DNA of 16,621 bases from contig JBFESZ010000042.1 of NCBI GenBank assembly GCA_041548245.1, positions 1 through 16,621 of the forward strand, given 5' to 3'. The position numbers were made by a program, and so were the translations under genes. Under the pieces are notes generated by a model that was not told where the DNA came from, did no database searches, and saw only the letters and a list, made by a program, of their open reading frames with translations. Positions within the stretch are counted from its first letter, which is position 1. Each line of letters begins with the position of its first letter. This document shows positions 8,155-16,262 of the stretch, piece after piece. This DNA comes from Sulfurimonadaceae bacterium. GTDB taxonomy: Bacteria; Campylobacterota; Campylobacteria; Campylobacterales; Sulfurimonadaceae.

Positions 8155-8883
8155 TTAGCGTACAACTTCTCCGTGATATCCGGAGATTCCATGTGCAAGA
8201 TTGATGACGTTTTTAAATTCCATATCTGAGAGAACGCGTTGGCAATGAGCACTTCGGCTTCCGACATGACAATAGACGACAATACTTTTGTTCTTATCCA
8301 GTTTAGCCTCATCTAGTGAAGCGAAGAAGCTGGTTGTTGGTACAAGTGCATTCGTCCCTTTAATATGACCCATACGATGCTCCATCCACTCTCTTACGTC
8401 GATGAGCTCAAAGTCAACCATACCTAAATCACGTGCTTCGATTAAAGAGATAAGTTCGTCTGAATCTATATCACTTTGAGAGAGCAGGGCTTCACACTCT
8501 GCTGTTGTAAGTCCACGTGAGTGTTCATGCGTGACGGCTTCCAATTCATCCTTTTGTGCCTTGGCCGCTGCATATTCCGGTGTACAAAAGATCTGGCAGT
8601 GACAAACCCCGTCATTTGGTATCTCATGCTCTATAGCAGGCTTACATGGACAGATGCGGTCTTCTTCTTTGTTACCTGTAACAAAGAAACAGGGACAATA
8701 ACGCTTGTCATAGATGAGCTTGTTACGTGTTAAGCCCATTTGAATACCTTCGTTGATAGCTGCGTCAGGATTATAGGCAAAACCAAACTGCTGAACAACT
8801 TTATCGGTGAATTTAACTGTTTTTTGTAGCTCTGCTTTAAATTCTGCTGATTCAGGATCGATTTTTTTCATTTCTGTGCTCAT
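8155..8883 (-). CDS. Ferredoxin:thioredoxin reductase catalytic-subunit-like domain fused to a rhodanese domain
   Basis: 242 aa. The N-domain has C63-P-C65, C78-P-C80 and C94-H-C96, the FTR [4Fe-4S]/disulfide signature, preceded by 'GL..NK..Y..RY'. The C-domain has 'LIDVRE..E...GHIKG' and 'IVVYC205HVGSRS', with 'NL..GI..Y' as in rhodaneses. SD AAAAGG. Confidence 0.88.
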   Translation of the reverse strand: MSTEMKKIDPESAEFKAELQKTVKFTDKVVQQFGFAYNPDAAINEGIQMGLTRNKLIYDKRYCPCFFVTGNKEEDRICPCKPAIEHEIPNDGVCHCQIFCTPEYAAAKAQKDELEAVTHEHSRGLTTAECEALLSQSDIDSDELISLIEARDLGMVDFELIDVREWMEHRMGHIKGTNALVPTTSFFASLDEAKLDKNKSIVVYCHVGSRSAHCQRVLSDMEFKNVINLAHGISGYHGEVVR

Positions 8884-8956
8884 GGAGAAAGACCTTTTGA
8901 TTATTTATTTTAAAATAGTACTTATTACTGGTTGAAAAGAAGTTATAAGTAAAGCA

Positions 8957-8984
8957 TAAGGGCAGCAATATTTAGGTGCCCTTA
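8957..8984 (-). terminator. Stem-loop downstream of argG, probable intrinsic terminator
   Basis: Perfect 8-bp inverted repeat TAAGGGCA-N12-TGCCCTTA about 25 nt after the argG stop. On the minus strand it is followed by only an imperfect U-rich tail (TGCTTTACTT). Confidence 0.55.
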
Positions 8985-9007
8985 AGATATGTGTCAGTGT
9001 AAGCAGT

Positions 9008-10243
9008 CTATTTGTTTCGTGCTTTACCTGCAATGATAAAACGAAGTGCATTAAGTTTGATAAAACCTTCTGCGTCTTTTTGGTTGTATACTTCATCTTC
9101 TTCAAAAGTCGAGTACTCTTCATTGAAAAGTGAGTCAACTGATTGACGCCCGACAACGATGACATTACCTTTATATAGTTTGAGACGGACAACACCGTTG
9201 ACAAACTCTTGAGATTTGTTAATAGAAGCTTGAAGCATCTCACGCTCAGGTGAGAACCAGAACCCATTATAGATGAGTTTGGCATAACGAGGCATCATTT
9301 CGTCTTTCAGGTGAGCCGCTTCTCTATCAAGGGTAATCGATTCGATAGCACGGTGTGCCTTGAGCATGATAGTTCCGCCCGGAGTTTCGTAACATCCGCG
9401 TGCTTTCATACCGACAAAACGGTTCTCAACGATATCAATACGCCCTATACCGTGTTTATTTCCAAGCTCATTAAGTGCCTTGAGCATTGTTGCCGGTGAA
9501 AGTTCTTCGCCATTGAGGGTAACCGGATCTCCATGGGCGTAACCGATTTCAATATATTCAGCTTCATCCGGTGCATTTTCAGGAGAGTTGGTCCATAACC
9601 ACATAGCATCTTCCGGCTCTGCATAAGGGTCCTCCAGGTGAAGACCTTCGTATGAGATATGTAGAAGGTTCGCATCCATTGAGTAAGGACTCGCCTTAGG
9701 ATTACCGTTTTCATCGAGGTGTTTCTTGTCAATAGCTATGCCATGTTCTTTAGCATAGGCAAGCAGTTTTTCTCTAGAGTTCAGATCCCACTCTCTCCAT
9801 GGAGCAATAATAGTCAATGTAGAATCTTGGCCAAGGTAGCCCATCTCAAAACGGACCTGATCATTACCTTTTCCTGTTGCTCCGTGAGCTACGCCATCAG
9901 CACCGGTAATTTTGGCAATTTCTGCCTGACGCTTTGCGATCAGTGGCCGTGCGATAGAAGTTCCTAAAAGATATTCACCTTCATAAATAGCATTGGCTCT
10001 AAACATAGGGAAAACAAAGTCTTTTACAAACTCTTCTCTAAGGTCATCAATAAAGATATTTTCAGGTTTAATGCCAAGTTCCAGTGCTTTTGCACGTGCA
10101 GGTTCAAGTTCTTCACCCTGCCCAAGATCAGCAGTAAAAGTAACAACCTCACACTTGTATTCATCTTGTAGCCATTTTAAAATTACACTTGTGTCTAGAC
10201 CGCCTGAATAGGCTAAAACAACTTTTTTTACTTCTTTTTTCAT
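9008..10243 (-). CDS. argG: Argininosuccinate synthase
   Basis: '[12 protein letters not shown]', '[10 protein letters not shown]', '[13 protein letters not shown]', 'YSMDANLLH' and '[10 protein letters not shown]'. Confidence 0.99.
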   Translation of the reverse strand: MKKEVKKVVLAYSGGLDTSVILKWLQDEYKCEVVTFTADLGQGEELEPARAKALELGIKPENIFIDDLREEFVKDFVFPMFRANAIYEGEYLLGTSIARPLIAKRQAEIAKITGADGVAHGATGKGNDQVRFEMGYLGQDSTLTIIAPWREWDLNSREKLLAYAKEHGIAIDKKHLDENGNPKASPYSMDANLLHISYEGLHLEDPYAEPEDAMWLWTNSPENAPDEAEYIEIGYAHGDPVTLNGEELSPATMLKALNELGNKHGIGRIDIVENRFVGMKARGCYETPGGTIMLKAHRAIESITLDREAAHLKDEMMPRYAKLIYNGFWFSPEREMLQASINKSQEFVNGVVRLKLYKGNVIVVGRQSVDSLFNEEYSTFEEDEVYNQKDAEGFIKLNALRFIIAGKARNK

Positions 10244-10276
10244 GAAATCCCTTTAGAGAGAGTAATTAATAGCGCG

Positions 10277-10284
10277 ATTCTACC
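10277..10284 (-). promoter_or_regulatory. Sigma70 -10 element for argG
   Basis: Minus strand GGTAGAAT with upstream T-rich tracts, about 33 nt before the ATG; SD AAAGGG. Confidence 0.55.
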
Positions 10285-10334
10285 TGAATTAAGATGATAA
10301 ATAGTTGAAAAAATGAAGGAGATGATTGAAAAGC

Positions 10335-10589
10335 CTAATGGCTCTGATCAAATGAAGTCTTGGCAGTGGAAGTTGTTTGCAAAAACTCTTTTTGTTTTTT
10401 TATCTTTAGTAAACTGGCTGCTGCGTGATCTTTTTTGAGCTTTAAAAGTTTATATGCCTCTTGCATTAGATGGGCAGCTTCTTGCATCTGTTCTAACGAG
10501 TTAAATTGAGGAAGTTGCTGAATGAGATTGTCAATTTTGTTTTCATCTTCTTCAATGATGGCAATTTTAAGGTTTTTAATCCATTGCAA
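10335..10589 (-). CDS. Small helical protein downstream of fliS; FliT-like flagellar chaperone candidate
   Basis: 84 aa with a TTG start overlapping the fliS 3' end; all-helical composition ('WIKNLKIAIIEEDENKI'). It occupies the fliT position in flaG-fliD-fliS operons. Confidence 0.6.
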   Translation of the reverse strand: MQWIKNLKIAIIEEDENKIDNLIQQLPQFNSLEQMQEAAHLMQEAYKLLKLKKDHAAASLLKIKKQKEFLQTTSTAKTSFDQSH

Positions 10590-10956
10590 TTTGAGTGCTC
10601 TCTCTCCATGCTTCGAGTAAACCTTTTATGACTCGATTAACATCATTAATAAGTGTAACGTCATTTTCAATATTCGCTTTAGAAAGAGTCTGTAATTGAT
10701 GAATATATAGGCCTTGTAAATAATTGCTTAAATCACCTTCAGCATCCATGTCAAGTGTATTAAGTAATTCAGTTAAAATTGCGCTAGAACGGTTGATCCA
10801 ATATGTTCGTTTTTCAATATCATTGAGTTCGATTGAACGCTTGGCTTGCATATTAAAGCGAAGAATACCCTCATATAGCATTTCAATTAATTTTTGTGGT
10901 GATTCAATACGAATATCATTTTGTGCATACGTATTATAAGCAAGTGAATTGTTCAT
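10576..10956 (-). CDS. fliS: Flagellin export chaperone FliS
   Basis: 'AYNTY', 'SPQKLIEMLYEGILRF', 'LD....G.LS.YL..LY' and 'LLEAWRE'. Start reassigned to ATG 10956 (SD GAGGA directly after the fliD stop). Confidence 0.96.
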   Translation of the reverse strand: MNNSLAYNTYAQNDIRIESPQKLIEMLYEGILRFNMQAKRSIELNDIEKRTYWINRSSAILTELLNTLDMDAEGDLSNYLQGLYIHQLQTLSKANIENDVTLINDVNRVIKGLLEAWRESTQIAMD

Positions 10957-10966
10957 CTTATTTTCC

Positions 10967-12364
10967 TCATTTTTTTGCATTGATGGCGGCTTCAATCTGA
11001 AGGCTCAATGCACTGAATTGTTGTTCAAGTCCACCTATGATACGATCATACGCGGCAAATCGTTGAAACATACTTTCATATCGTGCATCTAGCAGCGCTT
11101 GAGAACGAGTCTGTTCGTCTTGTAGATCTGAAATTTGCTTGTTAAGACTGTCTCCAAATGCCGTGAAGGTTCCATTGTAGCCAACTTGTTTGTCGAGGAA
11201 ATTATCCAAACGATTGAAAACACCATCGACTTGATTTCCATTTGCATCAGATGCGTATTTTAAAAACTCTTCTGCCGCAGAAGGATCTTCATTGAATTTT
11301 TCTTTGAAAACACTTTCATTAAAGACTAAAGTTCCATCCTGTGTCAAATCAAAGGCAGATTGTGTGATACCAGATGAGTTGACTGTAGAGAAAAAGCCGG
11401 CCAGAGAATTACCATTTCCATCAGAAGAGAAAAGAGCTCCTTTAATTTCTCTTGCAAGGGTTTTGAATGTGTTATCACCATTAAACACACCAACCGTACC
11501 TTTTTCCACATCTGATGTGAGAGAATTGTCTATCTCTTTCATTAATGTGTTATAGGCTGTGACAAAACTTTTCATCTCTTCAACGATCTTGTCACTGTTT
11601 TGAGAGATTGATATATTGCTTGTACCTGGTTCATTGAGCGTTAGCTTTATACCAGAAACAATATCATCAATACTATTAGAACTACGAATAAAATCGATTC
11701 CATTATATTTAAAGTGGGCGTCACTGCCTGCTTGTATTGGTGTTGCTTGTGTTAGGTTCTGTGCAAGAATACCTGAAGAGTCAGTTACACTAATTGTTTG
11801 ATCAGCACCCGTGTCTTGAGAGGTCAGAATAAGTCTGTAGTCTCCGTCTGCAACATTCAGAACCTGCGCTTTCATGTTGTCTCCCGCTTTATCGTTAATC
11901 ATTTGGGCAAGTTCTTCAAGCGTCGTAGTAGTAGTAACATCAAAATCAAAACTTGTTGTACCAACAGAAATTTGAATGGTTCCATCAGCGGTTGCCACAG
12001 ACGCAGTTTTTGAAGCAAAAGCATCGGACTCTTGTATCTCTTTTGTTGCTAGATCAGTGACCTCAATGGAGAAATTTTGAGCAGAAATACCAGACGAAAC
12101 AGTAACACTGGCAGCACTGCCTGTAACTGAAGTGGAACGATCAAGATATAGCAAGTCACTTCCTAGACTGCCCGTACTAGCACTTAATGATGACATTAAA
12201 GAACTGATTAAATTATATGCTTTGTTCTTTTGTGAAATTGAATCAATTTTGGCTTTAATAGGATCAATTTGTATCTTTTGATCATTTGCTTTAAGCTTTT
12301 CGATGGTATCAGCACTTAATGCGCCACTTGATCCAAGCCCTAATGAACTTAATGAACCCGCCAT
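10967..12364 (-). CDS. fliD: Flagellar filament cap protein FliD
   Basis: 'SSLGLGS', 'IEVTDLA', 'YRLILTSQDTGA', 'RSSNSIDDIVSGIKLTL', 'FVTAYNTL' and C-terminal 'RYESMFQRFAAYD'. Located between flaG and fliS. Confidence 0.96.
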   Translation of the reverse strand: MAGSLSSLGLGSSGALSADTIEKLKANDQKIQIDPIKAKIDSISQKNKAYNLISSLMSSLSASTGSLGSDLLYLDRSTSVTGSAASVTVSSGISAQNFSIEVTDLATKEIQESDAFASKTASVATADGTIQISVGTTSFDFDVTTTTTLEELAQMINDKAGDNMKAQVLNVADGDYRLILTSQDTGADQTISVTDSSGILAQNLTQATPIQAGSDAHFKYNGIDFIRSSNSIDDIVSGIKLTLNEPGTSNISISQNSDKIVEEMKSFVTAYNTLMKEIDNSLTSDVEKGTVGVFNGDNTFKTLAREIKGALFSSDGNGNSLAGFFSTVNSSGITQSAFDLTQDGTLVFNESVFKEKFNEDPSAAEEFLKYASDANGNQVDGVFNRLDNFLDKQVGYNGTFTAFGDSLNKQISDLQDEQTRSQALLDARYESMFQRFAAYDRIIGGLEQQFSALSLQIEAAINAKK

Positions 12365-12367
12365 AAC

Positions 12368-12739
12368 TTATCCTTTTTCGTCGAAAATAATACCCGTGAC
12401 TTCGTTCATCTTGGCAGTCAGAGTCGATGCCTGTTCGACCGGAAATCGACGAATCATATCTGAAGTCTTTGTATCGATCACAGAGACATAAAAGACTTCA
12501 CTACTATTGTCAAAACCAAAACGTAGAGATGTATTAAACGGATCTAACGCTTTGTTGAGTGAATCAATAAGCTCTCGCGCTTCTGCTTCGGATGTCACGG
12601 GTTTATTTTCATTATTATTTTGTTGACTTACATCAACCTGTGGTTTTACTTTTTGCACAGCTTCCTGTGCAGCCACACCTTTTTGTTCACTTTGTACTTG
12701 AGTACTTTGTTGTTTGGCAATATTATTAAAAATCTCCAT
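12368..12739 (-). CDS. flaG: Flagellar protein FlaG
   Basis: 'LNKALDPFNTSLRFGFD....YVSVID..T..+IRRFP.E' and C-terminal 'GIIFDEKG'; first gene of the fliD operon. Confidence 0.95.
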   Translation of the reverse strand: MEIFNNIAKQQSTQVQSEQKGVAAQEAVQKVKPQVDVSQQNNNENKPVTSEAEARELIDSLNKALDPFNTSLRFGFDNSSEVFYVSVIDTKTSDMIRRFPVEQASTLTAKMNEVTGIIFDEKG

Positions 12740-12771
12740 AATTCAGCCTTCTGTTAATAATCTTAGACATA

Positions 12772-12798
12772 GTATCGACAATAGTAAAAAATTATTTA
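12772..12798 (-). promoter_or_regulatory. Sigma28 (FliA) promoter of flaG-fliD-fliS
   Basis: Minus strand TAAA-N15-GTCGATAC versus consensus TAAA-N15-GCCGATAA; the spacing is exact. Confidence 0.9.
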
Positions 12799-12849
12799 GT
12801 ACAAGTGAGGATGATTTGACTATTTTCTTATAAAGCATTAAATGTTCCA

Positions 12850-12859
12850 TGGATACAAT
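12850..12859 (+). promoter_or_regulatory. Sigma70 -10 element for the MFS operon
   Basis: TGGATACAAT, followed by SD AAGAGG (12868-12873) and an in-frame GTG at 12878. Confidence 0.5.
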
Positions 12860-12877
12860 ACAGAAAAAAGAGGTTAT

Positions 12878-14071
12878 GTGCGGCACTATGTACAATTATT
12901 AAAAGATGAAGCAATACTACGCCGATTAAGCCTTATTCAACTTATCTCCTATTTTGGGGCATGGTTTTCCAATGTCGCTATTTATACACTGCTCGTTCAG
13001 TTGGATGTGTCCGCATTTTTGATTGCAACGGTTGCGGCTTTTCATTTTTTGCCAGGAGTGATACAAGCCCCTTTTACAGGGGTTCTGATTGACAAGGTAA
13101 ACCCAAAAACACTGATGTTGGTCTTAATCTTGCTGGAAGTGATTAGTACGCTTATGCTTTTATTGATAACTTCAGCAGAATGGATATGGCTTTTACTGTT
13201 GCTCATATTCATACGTATGGGTGCATCAAGTTTCTATTTTACAATAGAGATGTCTTTACTACCTAAATTGTTGAGCGGAAAATCTTTACAGTATGCCAAT
13301 GAGATTCACTCAATTATTTGGTCGTTGTCATATACATTGGGTATGGCTATCAGTGGTTTTTTAGTCTACCAACTCGGCATTGCGACAGCTTTTATCATGG
13401 ATGCCATTTTGTTCATTCTTGCTTTTTTTCTTTTAAACGGGATACGGATTGATATTCATATCGAGAATTCTCAAGGGAGCCTTTTGCATACTTTTAAAGA
13501 AGGGGTGTCCTATTTGAAAGAAAATAAAAAAATCATTCATCTTATGTTCATTCATGCTACAGTCGGTCTGACAGTCTTTGATGCCTTAGTGGCTTTGATG
13601 GCAAAAGAGTTCTATATTTCGATTGTTGCCGTGCCTTTAGCCTTGGGGATAATACATGCAATTCGTGCTGTTGCATTGGTTCTTGGCCCTATCATCTTAG
13701 GAAAATGGATCAATAGTACCCGTTTAGTCTATGTATTTTTGATACAGGGTCTAAGTATGATGGTTTGGGCTTTTGTCCTTGAAGACTTTTATCTTTCGAT
13801 CTTAGGTTCCTTTATGGCGGGTTTTGCAGCAACAACACTCTGGTCGTTTACTTATACTTTGATTCAAAAACATACACAAAAGCGTTATTATGGAAGAGTA
13901 GTGGCATATAATGATATGATATTCTTATCCGTTGGAGCATTGAGTTCCATGATGGTTGGGATATTGATTGATGCAGGTTGGCAAATATCCGGTGTCTTGT
14001 CTCTCTTGGCGGGAGGTTTTTTCCTGGCAGCGCTTTATCATAATTGGATACGAAAGGCATATCATGTTTAG
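12878..14071 (+). CDS. MFS transporter (DHA3/MFS_3-like)
   Basis: About 12 hydrophobic helices, 'QLISYFGAW', motif A-like 'GVLIDKVNPK', 'FKEGVSYLK' and 'YYGRV'. The GTG start at 12878 is preferred over ATG 12842 because of the SD and promoter position. Confidence 0.9.
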   Translation: MRHYVQLLKDEAILRRLSLIQLISYFGAWFSNVAIYTLLVQLDVSAFLIATVAAFHFLPGVIQAPFTGVLIDKVNPKTLMLVLILLEVISTLMLLLITSAEWIWLLLLLIFIRMGASSFYFTIEMSLLPKLLSGKSLQYANEIHSIIWSLSYTLGMAISGFLVYQLGIATAFIMDAILFILAFFLLNGIRIDIHIENSQGSLLHTFKEGVSYLKENKKIIHLMFIHATVGLTVFDALVALMAKEFYISIVAVPLALGIIHAIRAVALVLGPIILGKWINSTRLVYVFLIQGLSMMVWAFVLEDFYLSILGSFMAGFAATTLWSFTYTLIQKHTQKRYYGRVVAYNDMIFLSVGALSSMMVGILIDAGWQISGVLSLLAGGFFLAALYHNWIRKAYHV

Positions 14072-14321
14072 TTTAGCTATTTTAGGTGGCATTTTACTTA
14101 ATGCAGGTGCTTTTTTAATGTTTAGAGGTATGGCGTTTCAGGCCATAATCGTCTACCTTTTTGCGGATATCTGCTGGGTGGTTATGGCTTTACAAAAAGA
14201 TGACTATGTTGGAGCAGTTTTTATCACCAGCGGGATGATATTGGGATTTTTGGCTTATTTGAAAATGCGTTCAGGAAAGATGCGAAAAAGTCTAAATAAA
14301 CAAGATGATAAGAGCATATAA
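14064..14321 (+). CDS. Small membrane protein (85 aa, about 3 TM helices), function unknown
   Basis: ATG 14064 with SD AAAGG overlaps the MFS stop. MFSLAILGGILLNAGAFLMF...; three hydrophobic segments and a basic C-terminal tail. Confidence 0.75.
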   Translation: MFSLAILGGILLNAGAFLMFRGMAFQAIIVYLFADICWVVMALQKDDYVGAVFITSGMILGFLAYLKMRSGKMRKSLNKQDDKSI

Positions 14322-14359
14322 GAGGGTCGTTGATACTTAATCTGTAAATAGGAGTATGG

Positions 14360-15574
14360 ATGAGACAAGTCAGGTTGTCACGTGAGATAGGGGTCTTTTT
14401 ACTGCTCTTTTATGGGCTAGGGAATATCCTTGGAGCAGGGATTTACGTACTTATAGGAAAAGTTGCTGGAATCTCCGGTTATTTCACTGTTTTCTCGTTC
14501 TTTCTGGCCTGTATCATTGCTCTGTTTACCGCATTAAGTTATATGGAGCTGGCAGCACGTTATCCTGTAAGTGCGGGTGAAGCGGTCTATATACAAGAGG
14601 GCATAGGTTTTAAACCGCTTTCAGTCGGTTTTGGACTTTTGATTATGGCGGCAGGGCTTTTTTCCGCTGCAACAATTGCACACGGTTTCGCCGGATATCT
14701 TAGCCAGTTGGTACAAATTGACTCCAATATTGCCATTGTTGGTTTGATTATAGTCCTAGTAGTGATTTCAATCACCGGTATCAAAATAAGTGTGATGGCG
14801 GCATCGATTCTGACATTGGTAGAGATATTCGGATTGTTATTGATTATCTATCATGGTTTTGATGAGATAGTTTCTCCAAGTATCAGCTATGTATCATTTG
14901 TTCCACGTTTTGAGTACAGTGAGATATCCGTGATATTTCTAGGCGCATTTTTGGCTTTTTATGCCTTTATTGGATTTGAAGATATGGTCAATATAGCTGA
15001 AGAAGTCAAAGTGCCAAGCAGAACTTTTCCTATTGCCATCATCTCAGCCTTGAGCATCTCGACAATTTTGTATATTCTGATTGTTGTTGTTGCTTTGCAG
15101 ACACTGCCTTTAAGTGCATTACAAGAGTCTTCAGCCCCCTTTTCTGACATTTATAAAACTCTTACAGGCAAAGAACCTATTGTCATCTCAATGATAGGGG
15201 CTTTTGCCGTTATCAACGGTGCATTGATTCAGATTATCATGGGTTCACGAATTATATACGGTATGGCACTTAAAGGTTGGTTGCCTAAACGTCTGTCTGA
15301 TGTCTCATATATAACAAAGACACCAATTATAGCTACTGTCACGGCAGGTGTGATTACAATGACTTTTGCACTGTTTTTTGATATTGTCTCACTTGCAAGT
15401 TTCAGCAGTATGCTGACCTTGGTCATCTTTACGTTAATAAACCTCTCACTTATCCGAATCAAGCAAAAAAGACCAGATGTCCAAGGAGTCCTGAAGGTCC
15501 CATTATGGATGCCTTGGTGTGGTGTTGGATTAAATATACTTCTGGTAGGTATGACCCTGTTTGTTGAACGATAA
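14360..15574 (+). CDS. APC-family amino acid permease
   Basis: 'GNILGAGIY', 'YMELAARYP..AGE..Y', 'FYAFIGFE', 'AEEVK.P.R..P.AI' and 'SRIIYGMA..G.LP'. SD AGGAG. Confidence 0.93.
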   Translation: MRQVRLSREIGVFLLLFYGLGNILGAGIYVLIGKVAGISGYFTVFSFFLACIIALFTALSYMELAARYPVSAGEAVYIQEGIGFKPLSVGFGLLIMAAGLFSAATIAHGFAGYLSQLVQIDSNIAIVGLIIVLVVISITGIKISVMAASILTLVEIFGLLLIIYHGFDEIVSPSISYVSFVPRFEYSEISVIFLGAFLAFYAFIGFEDMVNIAEEVKVPSRTFPIAIISALSISTILYILIVVVALQTLPLSALQESSAPFSDIYKTLTGKEPIVISMIGAFAVINGALIQIIMGSRIIYGMALKGWLPKRLSDVSYITKTPIIATVTAGVITMTFALFFDIVSLASFSSMLTLVIFTLINLSLIRIKQKRPDVQGVLKVPLWMPWCGVGLNILLVGMTLFVER

Positions 15575-15594
15575 AAAATCACAAAAGGTTGGCT

Positions 15595-16209
15595 ATGAAC
15601 CAGAAAGATCTGATTGACTCATTGCTAATATGCGGCGTATTGAAAAGCCCACGATTGATCGAAGCCTTTGAAACAGTTGACAGAATAGATTTTGTACCAG
15701 AAGAGCTCAGGCATATGGCTTATGAGGATCATCCTTTGCCCATAGGCCTAGGACAGACCATTTCTCAGCCCTATACCGTGGCTTTTATGCTTGAGCTTTT
15801 AGAACCGAATTTAAATGATAGAGTATTGGATATCGGGTCAGGTTCAGGATGGACAACGGCTCTTTTGGCCTGTGTGAGCAAACATGTCGATGCCGTGGAA
15901 CGGATAGAGGAACTTGTTGTGTTCTCCAAGCAAAACCTTTCAAAGTACGCTTTTAAAAACATTAGTGTTCATCAGGCAAAGCAGACCTTGGGCCTGCAAG
16001 GTGAAACTTTTGACAAGATCTTAGTCTCGTGTGCTGCTGATGAGATTCCACAAGCATTATTAAGACAATTGAGTCCCGGAGGCATTATGGTAATCCCGGT
16101 TCTTAACAGTATTGTAAAAGTGGTCAAAAATGATAAAGGCTCATTAACGATGGAAGAATACCCTGGTTTTGTTTTTGTCCCTTTAATCACAGAAGATGGT
16201 TTGCCTTAG
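15595..16209 (+). CDS. pcm: Protein-L-isoaspartate O-methyltransferase
   Basis: 'VDRIDFVP', 'AYED.PLPIG.GQTISQP', SAM motif 'VLDIGSGSGW', 'QL.PGG.MV.PV' and 'FVPL'. ATG 15595 has SD AAAAGG 6 nt upstream. Confidence 0.95.
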   Translation: MNQKDLIDSLLICGVLKSPRLIEAFETVDRIDFVPEELRHMAYEDHPLPIGLGQTISQPYTVAFMLELLEPNLNDRVLDIGSGSGWTTALLACVSKHVDAVERIEELVVFSKQNLSKYAFKNISVHQAKQTLGLQGETFDKILVSCAADEIPQALLRQLSPGGIMVIPVLNSIVKVVKNDKGSLTMEEYPGFVFVPLITEDGLP

Positions 16210-16248
16210 TAACATAGAACTGATCGTGCATGCATATGGTTTAAATAG

Positions 16249-16256
16249 GCTATAAT
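16249..16256 (+). promoter_or_regulatory. Sigma70 -10 element, probably producing a leaderless transcript
   Basis: GCTATAAT ends 6 nt before the ATG at 16263, preceded by TTTAAA; no SD. Confidence 0.65.
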
Positions 16257-16262
16257 GCGATT

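Noticed and set aside
8906-8917. Palindrome TATTTTAAAATA upstream of the FTR-rhodanese gene
   Set aside because: It is AT-only and likely by chance. It contains a plausible TAAAAT -10 box but matches no operator I can support.
8905-9732. Minus-strand alternative-frame ORFs 8905..9285 and 9445..9732
   Set aside because: They are out-of-frame overlaps of intact argG. The first runs through the argG hairpin, and neither looks protein-like.
8930-10312. Shared TTTTCAAC upstream of both argG and the FTR-rhodanese gene
   Set aside because: The spacing to the putative -10 boxes differs, and it fits the generic T-rich periodicity of Campylobacterota promoters.
10957-10995. Longer FliS N-terminus (MKPPSMQKNEENK)
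   Set aside because: It overlaps fliD; ATG 10956 has a proper SD and gives the canonical FliS N-terminus.
30-12491. Numerous short plus-strand ORFs in the track (e.g. 30..308, 2766..3101, 7301..7594, 11292..11555)
   Set aside because: All lie antisense to well-supported genes and have no recognisable motifs; they are shadow ORFs.
13968-14063. 117-aa version of the small membrane protein
   Set aside because: It would overlap the MFS gene by about 100 nt; ATG 14064 has an SD and begins the first TM helix.
13848-16190. Minus-strand ORFs opposite the MFS, APC and pcm genes
   Set aside because: Antisense shadows of membrane-protein and pcm genes.
16227-16234. Palindrome TGCATGCA between pcm and the 92-aa gene
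   Set aside because: Only 8 bp, with no loop or U-tract; insufficient evidence for a terminator or operator.
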